DNA of 64,000 bases, taken from assembly GCA_963786955.1 (NCBI GenBank), contig CAWBAT010000006.1, positions 512,001 through 576,000 of the forward strand, in the 5' to 3' direction. This DNA is from an uncultured Acidimicrobiia bacterium (GTDB lineage Bacteria > Acidobacteriota > Terriglobia > Versatilivoradales > Versatilivoraceae). Under the pieces are notes generated by a model, which saw only the letters and a program-made list of their open reading frames with translations, was not told the DNA's origin and made no database searches. This document shows, piece after piece, positions 45,947-57,189 of the stretch. The position numbers and the translations under genes are program-made. Numbering within the stretch: position 1 is the first letter of the stretch; each line of letters starts with the position of its first letter.

Positions 45947-48380
45947 TCACCAATCCAAAATCAGACTGCTATCTTTTTCCCCCTCGTTGTCCCGACGAAT
46001 GAGATGGCGAAGCGACGAATTACTTCCCCCTCCTCTTTGAGGGGCAGGAGCTTGCCGCTGCTCAACTTGGCTTCCTCGATACCCGCCACTATCATAACTA
46101 CGAGGCGCGCGCTCAGTCACGATTGGTTTGCTCATTTGGAGCGGAGGTCGTTGAGGCTGATAGGTCGGCAAGTACTGCCGTGCCGGGGTTGGTGTATATT
46201 GACGAACCGGGGGTTGAGACGTCTCCGGTCTGGAATACCGATTCATTTGATTAGAACCCTGGCTCTGAGAGGTTGTTCCCGAAGCGGAAGGGAATCGATT
46301 CCAATTTCGGTTCTCGACTGGCGATTGGTAAAGTGTCCCACGCCCATTTCCTTGAACCGATTGGGTCGAAGGGGAGTTTGAGGGAGAATACACTCTAGTC
46401 GAAGATGGAAAGTTTGAGGGAACTGAAGCGGATGGTATCCGTTGTCCCTCCACATTGGACGGTCCATTGAATCGCCTCCAATCCGTTCGTGATGGGGAAG
46501 CGTCGGGAACCCTTGTGGCTGCTGTGTTCCGGTCCGCCCAGAACCATACGTCCCTCGAGATGGGGTCGGGGGACCGGCGGCACCTGAACCGGGGCCACGC
46601 TGTTGCGAATTTTCGGTCGACGTGCTCCTTGAATTCATCTGCCCATTTCCAAAGCGATTCCAACTCCCGGTGGACGCCGATTGAGCCGAAGAACTGCCCA
46701 TCGAGGAGTAGTTTCCAGACTACGGCTTGGAGCTTGTCGATTTTGGATTCCTTGCGTGACGGCCTCTCTCGTTGCGGTGCTACCAGCCGCAGACGATGCA
46801 GGAGCTATGACAGTGGAACGATTCGAATGCACTATATTCTGCCCGGTTGGAGATTGCGGGTTATACCGCTGCACCATTTGCCGGATCTCAGCCGCATGTT
46901 GATCAAAAGATTGAGGCGCCGCAGCCGGTTGGTTGCGAGAGAAAAACTTTTCCGAACTTGTCGACCGATTGGGCAACGAGGCTGGATTTACAGCCCGATT
47001 TACCGTCCTCAAGCTGTCGCGAGTTGGGACTGCTGGAACGGTTCCAGCCACCAGTTGTGCCTGCCGTAATGTTCTCGCATCCACGGCAGACCGATTGGGG
47101 TTCGCCATTCCTCCTTTTACAAATTCCTCCGTGTTCATTGAATTGACCGATCTCCGCACTTTCTCATTATCCAAAGCCGATTGAACATTTGAGTAGTACG
47201 GACGCGATGCCCGATCCGCCAGTGGAGGAACACCGGAAACGTTATTAATATTCGTGATGTTATGGATATTCGTCACGTTCGTAATGTTGACGGCATCATA
47301 ACCATGGCCGTGACGCGTGCCGTACCAAGGGTAGTAATGATCACACGGGCCGGTGGGTAACCATCCAATCGAGTTGTAGCCGTACCCAAAGCCAAAGCTC
47401 CAGTTTTGCCCTCCAAAACCAAATCCCAGGAACGAGACATAGGCAGGAGCCCAAACGGGATGATAGGAGGGATACACAGGGCCAGGCCACCAACGCCAGT
47501 TCCCACCATGAACGAACCATCGTCCATAGTGGTAAGGAGCCCATCCCCAAGGCTCGCTGGAAACCCAGGTCCAACCCCAATAAGGCTGCCAGTTCCAACT
47601 TCCAAGAGTGTAGGGGGACCAGGAACTATCCACATAATTTGGCGCCCACGTCGAGCCGTATCCGGGGAATTCGTCCCAGCTTCCGTAACGATCGAGATCA
47701 GACGCACCCGTATAATAGCGATTCGCATATTGCCAGCTTTGAGCGTCACTGATGGCATGATCGCGCTCTTGGTTCCAGCGATCCCAGTCGTCATTTCCGG
47801 GCGCCTTGGCAATTCGATACTGCGCGTTTTCCGTTCCTCGGACAATGATTTGACCGTTCTTGCCAATACGCGTGCTTCCTTCAGGCGTCTGGATTTCGGC
47901 CTTGCCTTTGCGACAAATGATTTCGGTTTCAGAATCCGAGTTCACCTGTACTCGGTAGATACCCTCTTCCAATGGACGAAGCGCGGCGTTGGGAGTGTCG
48001 ATCTCTACGTCGGCTTCATTGCCCTTAAACAGCGTGAAATTCAAACGTCCTTGGGCAACCTGGATTTGAATGCGATTGTTTGAGAGTGTGGCGATCCTGG
48101 CTTCAGTTCTTTGATCTAGGCGAATGATGTTCGAATGATCGAGTTGTATTTCAGCGCGAGAATTTGGGCCTGTAGAGATCTTGTCTCCCTGGACCAGCGG
48201 AGCATTTACCGTTGTGGCCATCCAGTCGCCGCTATCGCCCCGCATGGTGGAGACTTCCCCATTAATGAGACTCACACGTGCAACTCCGCTTTCCTGCTCG
48301 TCGCCTGCCAGCACCTTTGACACTGTGAAACAGCTGATCGATAAAACCAGCATTGCTATCCACAACATTCGCGTTTTCAT
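45947..48380 (-). CDS. Secreted FecR-domain/DUF6600 protein with long low-complexity tail (3' frameshifts)
   Basis: Signal peptide, ARVSLINGEV...N.PLVQGD, DLDRYGSW, W.PY..G.W, EPWGWAPYHYGRW and WAPAYV. Confidence 0.8.
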
Positions 48381-48437
48381 GGTGCCCTCCCGCTGAAACG
48401 ATTTCACGATGTCCTGCCACTACTCACTAATAGGCTG

Positions 48438-48452
48438 GCAAGTTTCATGCCA
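48438..48452 (-). promoter_or_regulatory. Sigma-54 (-24/-12) promoter of the DUF6600 gene
   Basis: Minus strand reads TGGCATGAAACTTGC with exact GG-N10-GC spacing, about 60 nt upstream of the ATG. Confidence 0.65.
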
Positions 48453-48715
48453 GACCGTGGGTTAAGGTGTCATCATGTATCCCTATATTTTTCTTTGGCT
48501 TAGAGATTACTTTAAATGGGACTCTCGTCACGAAATTAGCTGGATGGCTGTAGCCGGCCAAAACTGGTTGTTTTCGGCCAGGCAAACAACATTCTCGGCC
48601 GCGCCCGCCATGCGGCGGACTCGACCAAGAGGAAGGTTGGTTGGGGGCGGAGCTCTACGAGCCTCCTTATCAGCAATAAGTACCCACTGTTGTTTTGGCG
48701 GAAGGGACCAGTCGT

Positions 48716-48770
48716 TGTAGCCGGGGCCGTTGGCCCCGGACAAGGACCGGCCTCAGCGAGGCCGGCTACA
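48716..48770 (-). repeat. REP family A copy
   Basis: Reverse complement of the RAYT-flanking unit. Confidence 0.9.
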
Positions 48771-48997
48771 ACTTCAGAATCTAGGAATGCAGCCGGTTTC
48801 GGTTTCCTTGAGGAAAAGATTGGCGTAAAGTTGCTGAGACATTCGCAGCTCTTTGTCGAGATTGGAATTTACATGGGCAAAGCATTCTTTAGCGGGGTGA
48901 GACCGAGGGCTACACTCTTCATCGAATGCTTTGCCCCTACGCATGCTATTTCCGCGCTAATTCCCTCGATGAGAGCAGCTAAGAGGGTCCAGTCCCC

Positions 48998-50285
48998 GTG
49001 CTGAATCAAAAGCCAATGGAGTTAAGCTGGGTAGACCTGCTTTGGGTCGTGCTACTAGGAGTGTTGGCAGTACTGCCTCCTATCTTCGAGGTCCATAAAG
49101 ATCTCATCCTACTGGCCATTGGCGCCACCCAGCTTCTTGAGCAGCGGATTTTTGGCCAGATCCGACCGGCCAGAGCTAGGGTCTACAGTATATTGATCAA
49201 GATACTGCTAGCAACTTTGTTACTCGGACATACTGGCAGTATTCCGATTAATAGCAGTTACTACTTGATTTTCTACTTGCCGGTTGTTTCGGCAGCCATG
49301 ATTTATGATATCTGGAGAACGCTCTTTTGGACCTTTTTGTCCTCTGCAGCTTATTGTTCTTATCTCATCCCGGCTCTCGAAGATTATGAATTGACGGCCA
49401 GCGGTGCCACCGAGTTAGCAATCCGAATTCTCTTTTTCTTTCTAGCGGCCATCGTGGTCAATCGTTTTGTCGAAGAAACCCGCCGACAGTCCAAGCGTTA
49501 CCAGCTTCTGGCGGAAGCTCAGGCTGAAACCAACCGGCGTCTGGAGCAAGCTCAGGTTGAAATGAGGCGTTCCGAGCGCCTGGCTGCGCTCGGACAGCTC
49601 TCCGCGGGACTTGCTCATGAAATTAGAAACCCTCTTGGCGTCATCAAAGGTTCAGCGGAGATGCTGAGCCAAAAAATTGCGAAGTCGGATCCGTTAGTCT
49701 CGGAATTGGCCGGCTATATCTCAAGCGAAGTGAATCGACTGAATGCTCTGGTCAATCGCTTTTTGGACTTCGCGCGCCCGTCTGCAACCTGATTTTTCTC
49801 TTGAGAAGGTCCCTTCCCTGCTCGATCAGAGTCTCAAGGTAGCGCAAGAGCGTTGGCCGGAGTCAAAAGTTGAGCTGGAGAAAACACTATGCCACCGATT
49901 TGCCGAGCCTATCCCTGGATGCCGGGCTTTGTGAGCAAGTGTTCACGAATCTTTTTTTCAATGCCTATGAAGTCAATGCCCAACGGAGGAAAACTCAAAG
50001 TCAGCCGCTTCACGTGCGAATTTAGATGGTCAGGAAGCCGTTGTGATTGAGATCGAAGATACTGGCCCTGGAATTCCCCGTGAGATCCAGGATCAAATCT
50101 TCAACCCCTTTTTCACTACCAAAAAGGGAGGCGTGGGGCTGGGGTTGTCGATTGTATCGAAGATCATCGATAATCATAATGGTGAGATCAAGGTCCAATC
50201 TGAACCCGGGAAAGGGACTTGCTTTCGAATCTTGTTTCCGGTGGATACGCCACTTACCCAAGGAGCAACACCAGAAGAGCGTTAG
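48998..50285 (+). CDS. Membrane sensor histidine kinase (frameshifted)
   Basis: TM domain, H-box LAHEIRNPLG and G-boxes DTGPGI...FNPFFTTK..G.GLGL. Confidence 0.88.
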
Positions 50286-50528
50286 TGTTTTGTTTCATCA
50301 ATGCAATCAAGAATCTCAACCACCCGTGAAGGCGTGAAAGAATTGGTTGTGGTGTCACTCTGCGCTGTTCACACCTGTGTTAAGGCGGGACTAGGGCGGT
50401 TGGAAAATCAGCTGACGACCGCCCCTTGGAGTCCTTTTAACCAAGGAGGGGCACGCCAAAATTCATTTTTTCCCACCCTTTCAGAGGCGGAGGGAAATGG
50501 TTAATTAGGTAAAAGGGGAGAATCACCT

Positions 50529-51921
50529 ATGCCTGGCGTTTTGATAGTTGAAGATGAATCTAAGTTGTTACGCCTGCTTGAACTCAGTCTTACCGAAGAC
50601 GGATTTACGGTGTGTTCCGCAGCCCTCGGCCGAAGATGGGCTTTCACGCCTAAGCCATAACTCCGTAGACTTGGTGATCACTGACTTGAAGCTGCCAGGA
50701 ATGAACGGCTTGGAATTTCTGCAAGCCATCAAACGAGTGAACGCTACTCTCCCGGTCATTGTGATGACGGCATATGGAACGGTAGAGACCGCTGTAGAAG
50801 CCATGAAATCCGGCGCCAGCGATTATGTTTTAAAGCCCTTTTCTCTTGAAGAGATGAAACTCATTGTTCACAAGGAGTTGGACATTCATCGGCTTCGTGA
50901 AGAAAACCGCTCTCTGCGAGAGGCTCTTGGCCAACGCTATACTTTTCGTAACATCATCGCCATGAGCAGCCGGATGCAGGAAGTTTTAGCGACGGTAAGT
51001 CGGGTGGCGCCGTCCAACTCTACGGTTCTGCTCGGGGGAGAAAGCGGCGTCGGGAAAGACTTGATTGCTCGCGCTATCCACGAACATTCGCGTCGTGCTT
51101 CAGGACCTTTTGTTAAGATCAATTGTACGGCCATCCCTGAAAATCTGCTGGAAAGCGAGCTCTTTGGATATGAGAAAGGCGCATTCACGGGCGCCAACAC
51201 CTCAAAACCAGGCAAATTTGAATTGGCGGACAAAGGAACGATTTTTCTAGATGAAATCGGAGATGTCCCGCCCGCAATCCAAGTGAAGCTGCTCGGCGTG
51301 CTTCAAGAACGGCAGTTTGATCGTTTGGGAGGAACAAAGACACTTAAGGTCGATGTCCGCCTGATCGCAGCCACCAACCGGGATCTGCGCGCTGCGCTGG
51401 AGCAAGGGACATTCCGCGAAGACCTTTACTATCGTCTGAACGTCGTCCCGATCAATATTCCGCCGCTCCGGGAGCGTAAAGAGGACATTCCTTATTTGGT
51501 GGATCATTTTATCAAACGCTTTGCCAAAGAATCCGGCAAGCCGATCAAAGGGATTACGCCTGCCGGGCTGAGTGTGCTCACTTCTTTCCATTGGCCGGGA
51601 AACGTTCGTGAACTGGAGAATATCATTGAGCGCACCATCGCTCTGTCGACTGGAGAAATCATCGACGCTGAGGATATCACCCTGGATATCTCACGCCCAA
51701 AAGCCACGACGGGAACAGTCCCATTCCTGCCCGAAGGAATCTCTCTCGAACAATGGGAAGACGAAATGATTAAGGAAGCTTTGCGCCGTACCAATGGCAA
51801 CAAGAGCCAGGCGGCTCGATTACTCGGGCTCTCCAGAAATGCATTACGCTACCGTCTTTCCAAGATGGGGTTATCCGATGAGGACAACCGGAATAAGCCG
51901 CCAATTTTGAGTTTGAACTAA
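50529..51921 (+). CDS. NtrC/AtoC-family sigma-54 response regulator (frameshift ~50610)
   Basis: VLIVEDE, DLKLPG, GESGVGK, ESELFG.EKGAFTGA, FLDEIG, WPGNVREL and a Fis-type HTH. Confidence 0.92.
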
Positions 51922-52703
51922 TGACCCCCTCAAGTGAAAAACGATATTGGGACCTGAATTGTGAAATTGTTTATGGCCCAATTTCCTCACGCCGGTTTGG
52001 TCTGTCGCTGGGAATCAATTTGCTGCCAAGCGGTCTGAAGGTTTGTGATTTCGATTGTCTCTATTGCCAATGCGGTTGGACTTTCCGCCCTCTCGTGGAG
52101 AGTTCTTTTGCAGGAGTCCCCTTCCCCTCATTGATCGAGATCGAACGCGCGGTCACCGCGCGATTCGGAGAAATTTCCAGGTCCAGTTCCACTATCGACG
52201 TCATCATGTTTTCAGGAAACGGGGAACCCACCCTCCATCCGGAATTTCCAAAAGCCGTGGAGCTTGGGCGCAGGCGAGAAACCGTTGTCTGCCGAGTCAC
52301 GACTCGGTCTGCTGACCAACGGTAGCCATTTGTTCAACCGAACCATCTTTGACGCGTTGTCTCCGATTGAACTCAAGTCGATCAAGTTCGATGCCGGGAG
52401 AGAATGGTTGGATCGACCCTTAGTGGCGCAAGTCTGGCGAATTTATTGCAAGTTTGGGGAACTCCCGGATCTGACCATTCAATCTTTTTTCTGCGAGGGA
52501 CAGTTTGCGAATACGGGAGAAGAGCATATCCATCCCTGGCTAGGACATCTTGTCCAAGTCCGGCGAATCCGTCTCCAACTCTACACCTTGGATCGAGTGC
52601 CTCCTGTTTCAACCATGACAAAGGCCTCGTTGGAAACGCTGGAGAGCATGCCGAGCAAGCTCGTCAGGCTATGACGCAGTGCAAAGTAGAAGTGTTTGCT
52701 TGA
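51921..52703 (+). CDS. Radical SAM protein, TYW1-like/COG0731 type (frameshifted)
   Basis: YGPISSRRFG.SLGINL...CDFDCLYCQCG and FSGNGEPTLHP. Confidence 0.75.
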
Positions 52704-52808
52704 ACTGCAGCCAAATGGTTGAAGGGATCGAGAGTTTCTCGACAAAGCTCGGAAATAGGGTGATTTCGAGACAGCTTCTACTTTAAGAAACACCGCCACA
52801 CGGCGGGA

Positions 52809-54080
52809 TCACCAAATCACCATTGACTCCTCAAACAATTTCGTCAACTCTTCCTCTCCTGCAGAGCGAGGAGACAGTTTCGTCACCCGGTGCTGTGGAA
52901 GCGTTCCATTGACCAGCGCAGGAATGTCCTTACCTGTGTAACCGAGGGCTGCCAGACCGTTTGGGACTTTAGGCGCTGCATGAGCTGAATAATCTGATTG
53001 CCAGAACTCGCCCGTATCTTCGGATTTGGCGTGCGAAGCGTTGGCTCCAAGAATATCTGCGGCTAGCATGTGACGCTCCGGACATTCACTGGCCGTAAAC
53101 CTGAAAACCGCCGGCGCATTGAGGATGACCGAAATTCCGTGTGGTACCATGGGATGATGAACCGGGTAGCCTTCCGGCTGGTACGTTCGAATCATCCCGG
53201 AAACAGGATAGGACATTCCGTGAGGGAGATGAACTCCTGCGTTTCCGAATCCGATCCCGGCATAGCATGCTGCCAGCAGCATTTTCGACTTCGACTCCAT
53301 GATCCAACGGGTCCTCCACGGCCCGGATCAAATGTTGTGACACAATCCGGAGCGCTTCTAAAGACCACACATCACTGATTGGATTAGCTCCTTGATATGC
53401 AGGACGGAACGGGGTCTCTCAGGATATTGACGACTGACCGTAATGGAATAGCCGTATAAGATTCCAGGGCATGACTTAAGACATCCAATCCGGCTGAAGC
53501 ACTGACCTGCGCAGGTAGGGTGAGAGTATTATCCGGATCAACAAGCGCAAGGTAGGCTTTAAGCGACGGTGCGCAATCCCCGTTTTCGCGTGCAATTTCA
53601 CGAGATCAAAAATGGCGACTCCCGTTGTTTCACTCCCAGTCCCTGCAGTCGTGGGAATTGCGATGAGGGGCTTGAGCGGGCCTGGTACAGGTAAGCCTTT
53701 GCCAACGGTGGATTAACATAGTCTAGGAAATCAGCCGGATGGGTCGAGTAGAGATTGGCAGCTTTCGCCGTATCAATTGTGGATCCTCCACCAATCGCGA
53801 CAAAAGCATCAAATCGTCCTTTCGTTGCAAACCGAATGGCTCTTGAAACGACTCATCCGTCGGCTCAATCCGAACCTGATCAAACAATTCGTAATTGATT
53901 TTTTGCTGGTCCAGAGAATTCAGGCGTTGGACACCGGTGAGAGAGAACTCAAGTTCGGATCCGTCAGTACCATGACTCGCTTCAGGTTGCTGTCTGCCAG
54001 ATCCATGCCGACTTCGCACGTCACCCCGAACCGAAGCGAATCGTGGAACTCACCATTTCGAAGGCAATTTCAGAAGACAT
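52809..54080 (-). CDS. Hydroxyacid-oxoacid transhydrogenase (Fe-ADH family; many frameshifts)
   Basis: [47 protein letters not shown] and [13 protein letters not shown]. Confidence 0.8.
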
Positions 54081-54349
54081 CCAGTGGTCTCCGAGTGATG
54101 CGCTCCAAAGACCATTTGATGAGAGTTCCCCTGAACTTGTACCCAATCGTTATGTGGACTCTGAAGGCGCGAAAAAATAGAGCGGCACACGCTAAGCCCG
54201 GCCCAGACGCTCAAAAAAGGTTTGGGCACAGCGGCTCGCAGAACCTCCCTGCAACCTAATTCCAATGCTCTTTTGAGAAACGAATGAAGTGGCTTGCATC
54301 GACAGTCGCGTGTTCCGGTGACTGAGGAACGGAACCAGTCAACAGAATA

Positions 54350-55363
54350 TTATCCACCCAGGCTGATCATCTCAATCTTCTTCCGATTCGAGGCGTCATA
54401 TCCTTGGGGAGAGTTCATTGCCTCAATCGTTCGTCCGAATAACGGTCGAAGCGATTTCCCCCACACGCCCGAATGGAGTCGAGAATCTCATTGTCGGTCG
54501 CGCCAATTCTCAGCAGCCTTTTCAGATCATGCCCCTTTTCGGAGAAGAGACAAGTGACTAATTTCCCGTCCGCAGTTATGCGAACTCGTGTGCAACTGGA
54601 GCAGAAAGGTTCGGTAACTGAGGCAATGACGCCGATATCGCCTTTCCCATCAAGATAGGCAGATAATCCACTGCGGGCGCCGTCCCTTGATCCCGGCCAA
54701 TTTCCTTGAGGGGATACCGCCTGTGGATGATACTCAAGATTTCTTGCTTCGAAACCATCTTTTCTGATTTCCAATGATTGGAATTTCCCACATCCATGTA
54801 CTCGATAAAGCGCAATGCAAATTCGTTTTCCCTGCAGAACTCCACAATGTCGAGAATGTCGACATCATTAACGCCGCGCTCGATCACCGCATTGACCTTA
54901 ATAGGCTGGAATCCCAGCCGTTTGGCAGCAAACAAGCCATCCACAACTTTATTGAGGTCTCCACGCTTTGTGATCCTGTGATACCGCTCCGGATTCAATG
55001 TATCCAGACTCACATTGATTCTCTTTAGCCCGGCCTTTGCCAGTTTTTCAACCTGATCCGCCAGGTAGATCCCGTTGGTCGTAAGACTGAGATCCCTGAG
55101 GCCGCTAAGGACAGAAAGTTTGCGACCAGGACATCGAGATCCTGACGTACAAGGGGCTCTCCGCCGGTCAACCGAATGTCGTCAATCCAAGCTGGATAAA
55201 GAGGGAGGTCAATCGAGTGATTTCCTCAAAGGAGAGGATTTCCTTTCTTCTCGATCCAGACATATTTGTCGAGGGGCATACAGTACGTACATCGGAAATT
55301 GCACCGATCTGTCACTGAAATCCTGAGATCTTTTGCCTGCCGATGATAGAGATCTGTAATCAT
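54350..55363 (-). CDS. moaA: GTP 3',8-cyclase (frameshifted)
   Basis: [50 protein letters not shown] and C-terminal EMISLGG. Confidence 0.9.
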
Positions 55364-55401
55364 GTTTTCCGTTTCCAAATCAGCGTTTTAAAGAAATCGA
55401 C

Positions 55402-55455
55402 TGTTGCCGGCCTCGCTTAGGCGGCACTTTGCCGGTGCCAACTGCCCCGGCTACA
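55402..55455 (+). repeat. Degenerate REP family A copy
   Basis: tgttgccggcctcgcttagg...gccccggctaca. Confidence 0.7.
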
Positions 55456-55469
55456 ACTTCAAAGGAATG

Positions 55470-55507
55470 AAAAAAAAGGCCAATCCTCCAGCTGGAGAAA
55501 TTGGCCT
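55470..55507 (-). terminator. Probable intrinsic terminator downstream of the Fe-S carrier gene
   Basis: aggccaat...attggcct stem next to an A-run (U-tract on the minus strand). Confidence 0.6.
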
Positions 55508-55561
55508 GAATCTGATTGCGTTGCTTTTCCGGGAAGAGAATCCCCTTAGGATTTTGGTTAA

Positions 55562-55885
55562 TTACACATGAAACGACTCACCACAACCGCAGGTGCTTTT
55601 GACGTTGGGATTGTTAAACTTAAACCAGATCCCGTCAGATGCCTCAACAAAGTCGATTTCCGTGCCATCCAGGTAGATGGAACTCCCTTTATCCACAAAA
55701 ACCTGAACGCCATTCATGTCAAGGACTTCGTCACCATTGTTCGCCTGTTTCTCAAAGCCCATCTGGTATTGAAATCCCGAGCATCCTCCCCCAACGATTT
55801 GAACCCGCAGCCCGGCATAATTTTCTGGCTGTGCATCAAGGATTTCTTTGACTTTGCCCAGGGCTTTTTCGGTCAGTGTTAGCAT
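55562..55885 (-). CDS. A-type Fe-S cluster carrier (HesB/IscA/ErpA family)
   Basis: GGGCSGFQY and F.NPN...CGCGESF. Confidence 0.92.
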   Translation of the reverse strand: MLTLTEKALGKVKEILDAQPENYAGLRVQIVGGGCSGFQYQMGFEKQANNGDEVLDMNGVQVFVDKGSSIYLDGTEIDFVEASDGIWFKFNNPNVKSTCGCGESFHV

Positions 55886-55989
55886 GAATTTTCTTCTCCT
55901 TTCAAATCCGAATCTTTTACACACTCAGCATACGTCTTCTCGAAGTCGCACAACTGAGTCATTTTAACCGGTTCCTCTAAAAATCAACT

Positions 55990-57034
55990 CTAGCTGTCTT
56001 TCTCGTCCGGCCGAATTTGCGCTTTAGCTTGAATCGACGGTGTTTGCAATCGCGATCTCCGGCTATTCAAGACTCCATTCCAAGGAGGAATGACAATTGT
56101 CACATCGCCATGGCATTTGGCCTGGCAGGAAAGGCGAATATGCGGATGAGATCCAACTTCGGCATCTTTTTCGAGATAACCAAAATGGGCCAGACGTTTC
56201 TTTTCAAACGCCGCGAGTTCAGAAAGTTGTCCTTCCCGTTGAGTGACTCCGATCCAACAATAGCCACAGGCCCCACTGCGACATTCAGCGGGAATGGGTC
56301 CGTAAACTCGGCGATGATCCTGATTTCGGAAGTCCCGTTTGTCTTTGGAGGAGGCCATAGAAAGGTCTTGCCCATGCATGGCAATGAACGACCCGTCGCG
56401 ATTCTTTTCCTCATAAGTAACCTGATACTTCCCGTTTTCAATCCCGAAGAAACGCAATATTCCGCCCTTCTTCCCTTTTCATTCCTGGCACGCAAGACCT
56501 GTTCGACTGAGGGCGCTGGTTTCACGATTGGGCCCTGGTTCAGATTCTTTATCAAAGGCACTGACTCCGACTTGCTCAACATCATGAGACCTGCTGCCGT
56601 GATTCCCAAGACGACAGACTCGTCAATCTGACAAGAAGTCCGCAACTTGGGAGGCAATGGAACGAATCACGGTCAGAAGATTCATTTCCGCAGAAACGGT
56701 TTTGGATTCTGAAACCTCGAGGATAGCCTGCTTAACAATCCCCCAGTAACGGAAGGCATAAAAGAATGTCGACTGAAGAGTCCATTTGCAGTTCCAGCCG
56801 ATACTTGCCATCCAGCTCCAGCGCTTTGACTGTTACGGCGGGATCCGCCGAATCTTGCAAGGATCGAGCCAATTTCAATGGCCAAAAAGAAAACCAGATC
56901 TGAGTGGCATCTTGATCGACCGGGTGAACCAGCGGCAGTAATTCTTTGAGGATATGATCCCACTGGTTTTCATCATGATTCGACAAGAAATGATGAAAGG
57001 TACTCTGATCGATCAAAAGCCTATTGAGCTCCAT
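55990..57034 (-). CDS. Hypothetical protein with C-terminal 2Fe-2S ferredoxin domain (frameshifted)
   Basis: C-terminal CRSGACGYC...RLSCQ; N-terminal VH.VD..AT.IWF.FWPL domain of unknown function. Confidence 0.65.
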
Positions 57035-57115
57035 AAGATTTCAGCGACTTGCTAAGATTCGAGCCATAGGGAATTGTTCGAATCTTCGATGCTCCAAATC
57101 CTTACTGGTAATACA

Positions 57116-57146
57116 CAAAAAAAAGGCCGCCCTCAAAGACGGCCCA
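57116..57146 (-). terminator. Probable intrinsic terminator after the Tes-like gene
   Basis: ggccg...cggcc hairpin adjacent to an A8 run. Confidence 0.55.
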
Positions 57147-57189
57147 ATATGAAGCAAATCCATTCCAAACACTTTCGCGACACCGCCAA

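Noticed and set aside
48821-48835. Second sigma-54 promoter (tggcgtaaagttgc) ahead of the sensor kinase
   Set aside because: GG-to-GC spacing is 9 nt rather than 10; it could reflect a homopolymer error but is unsupported as given.
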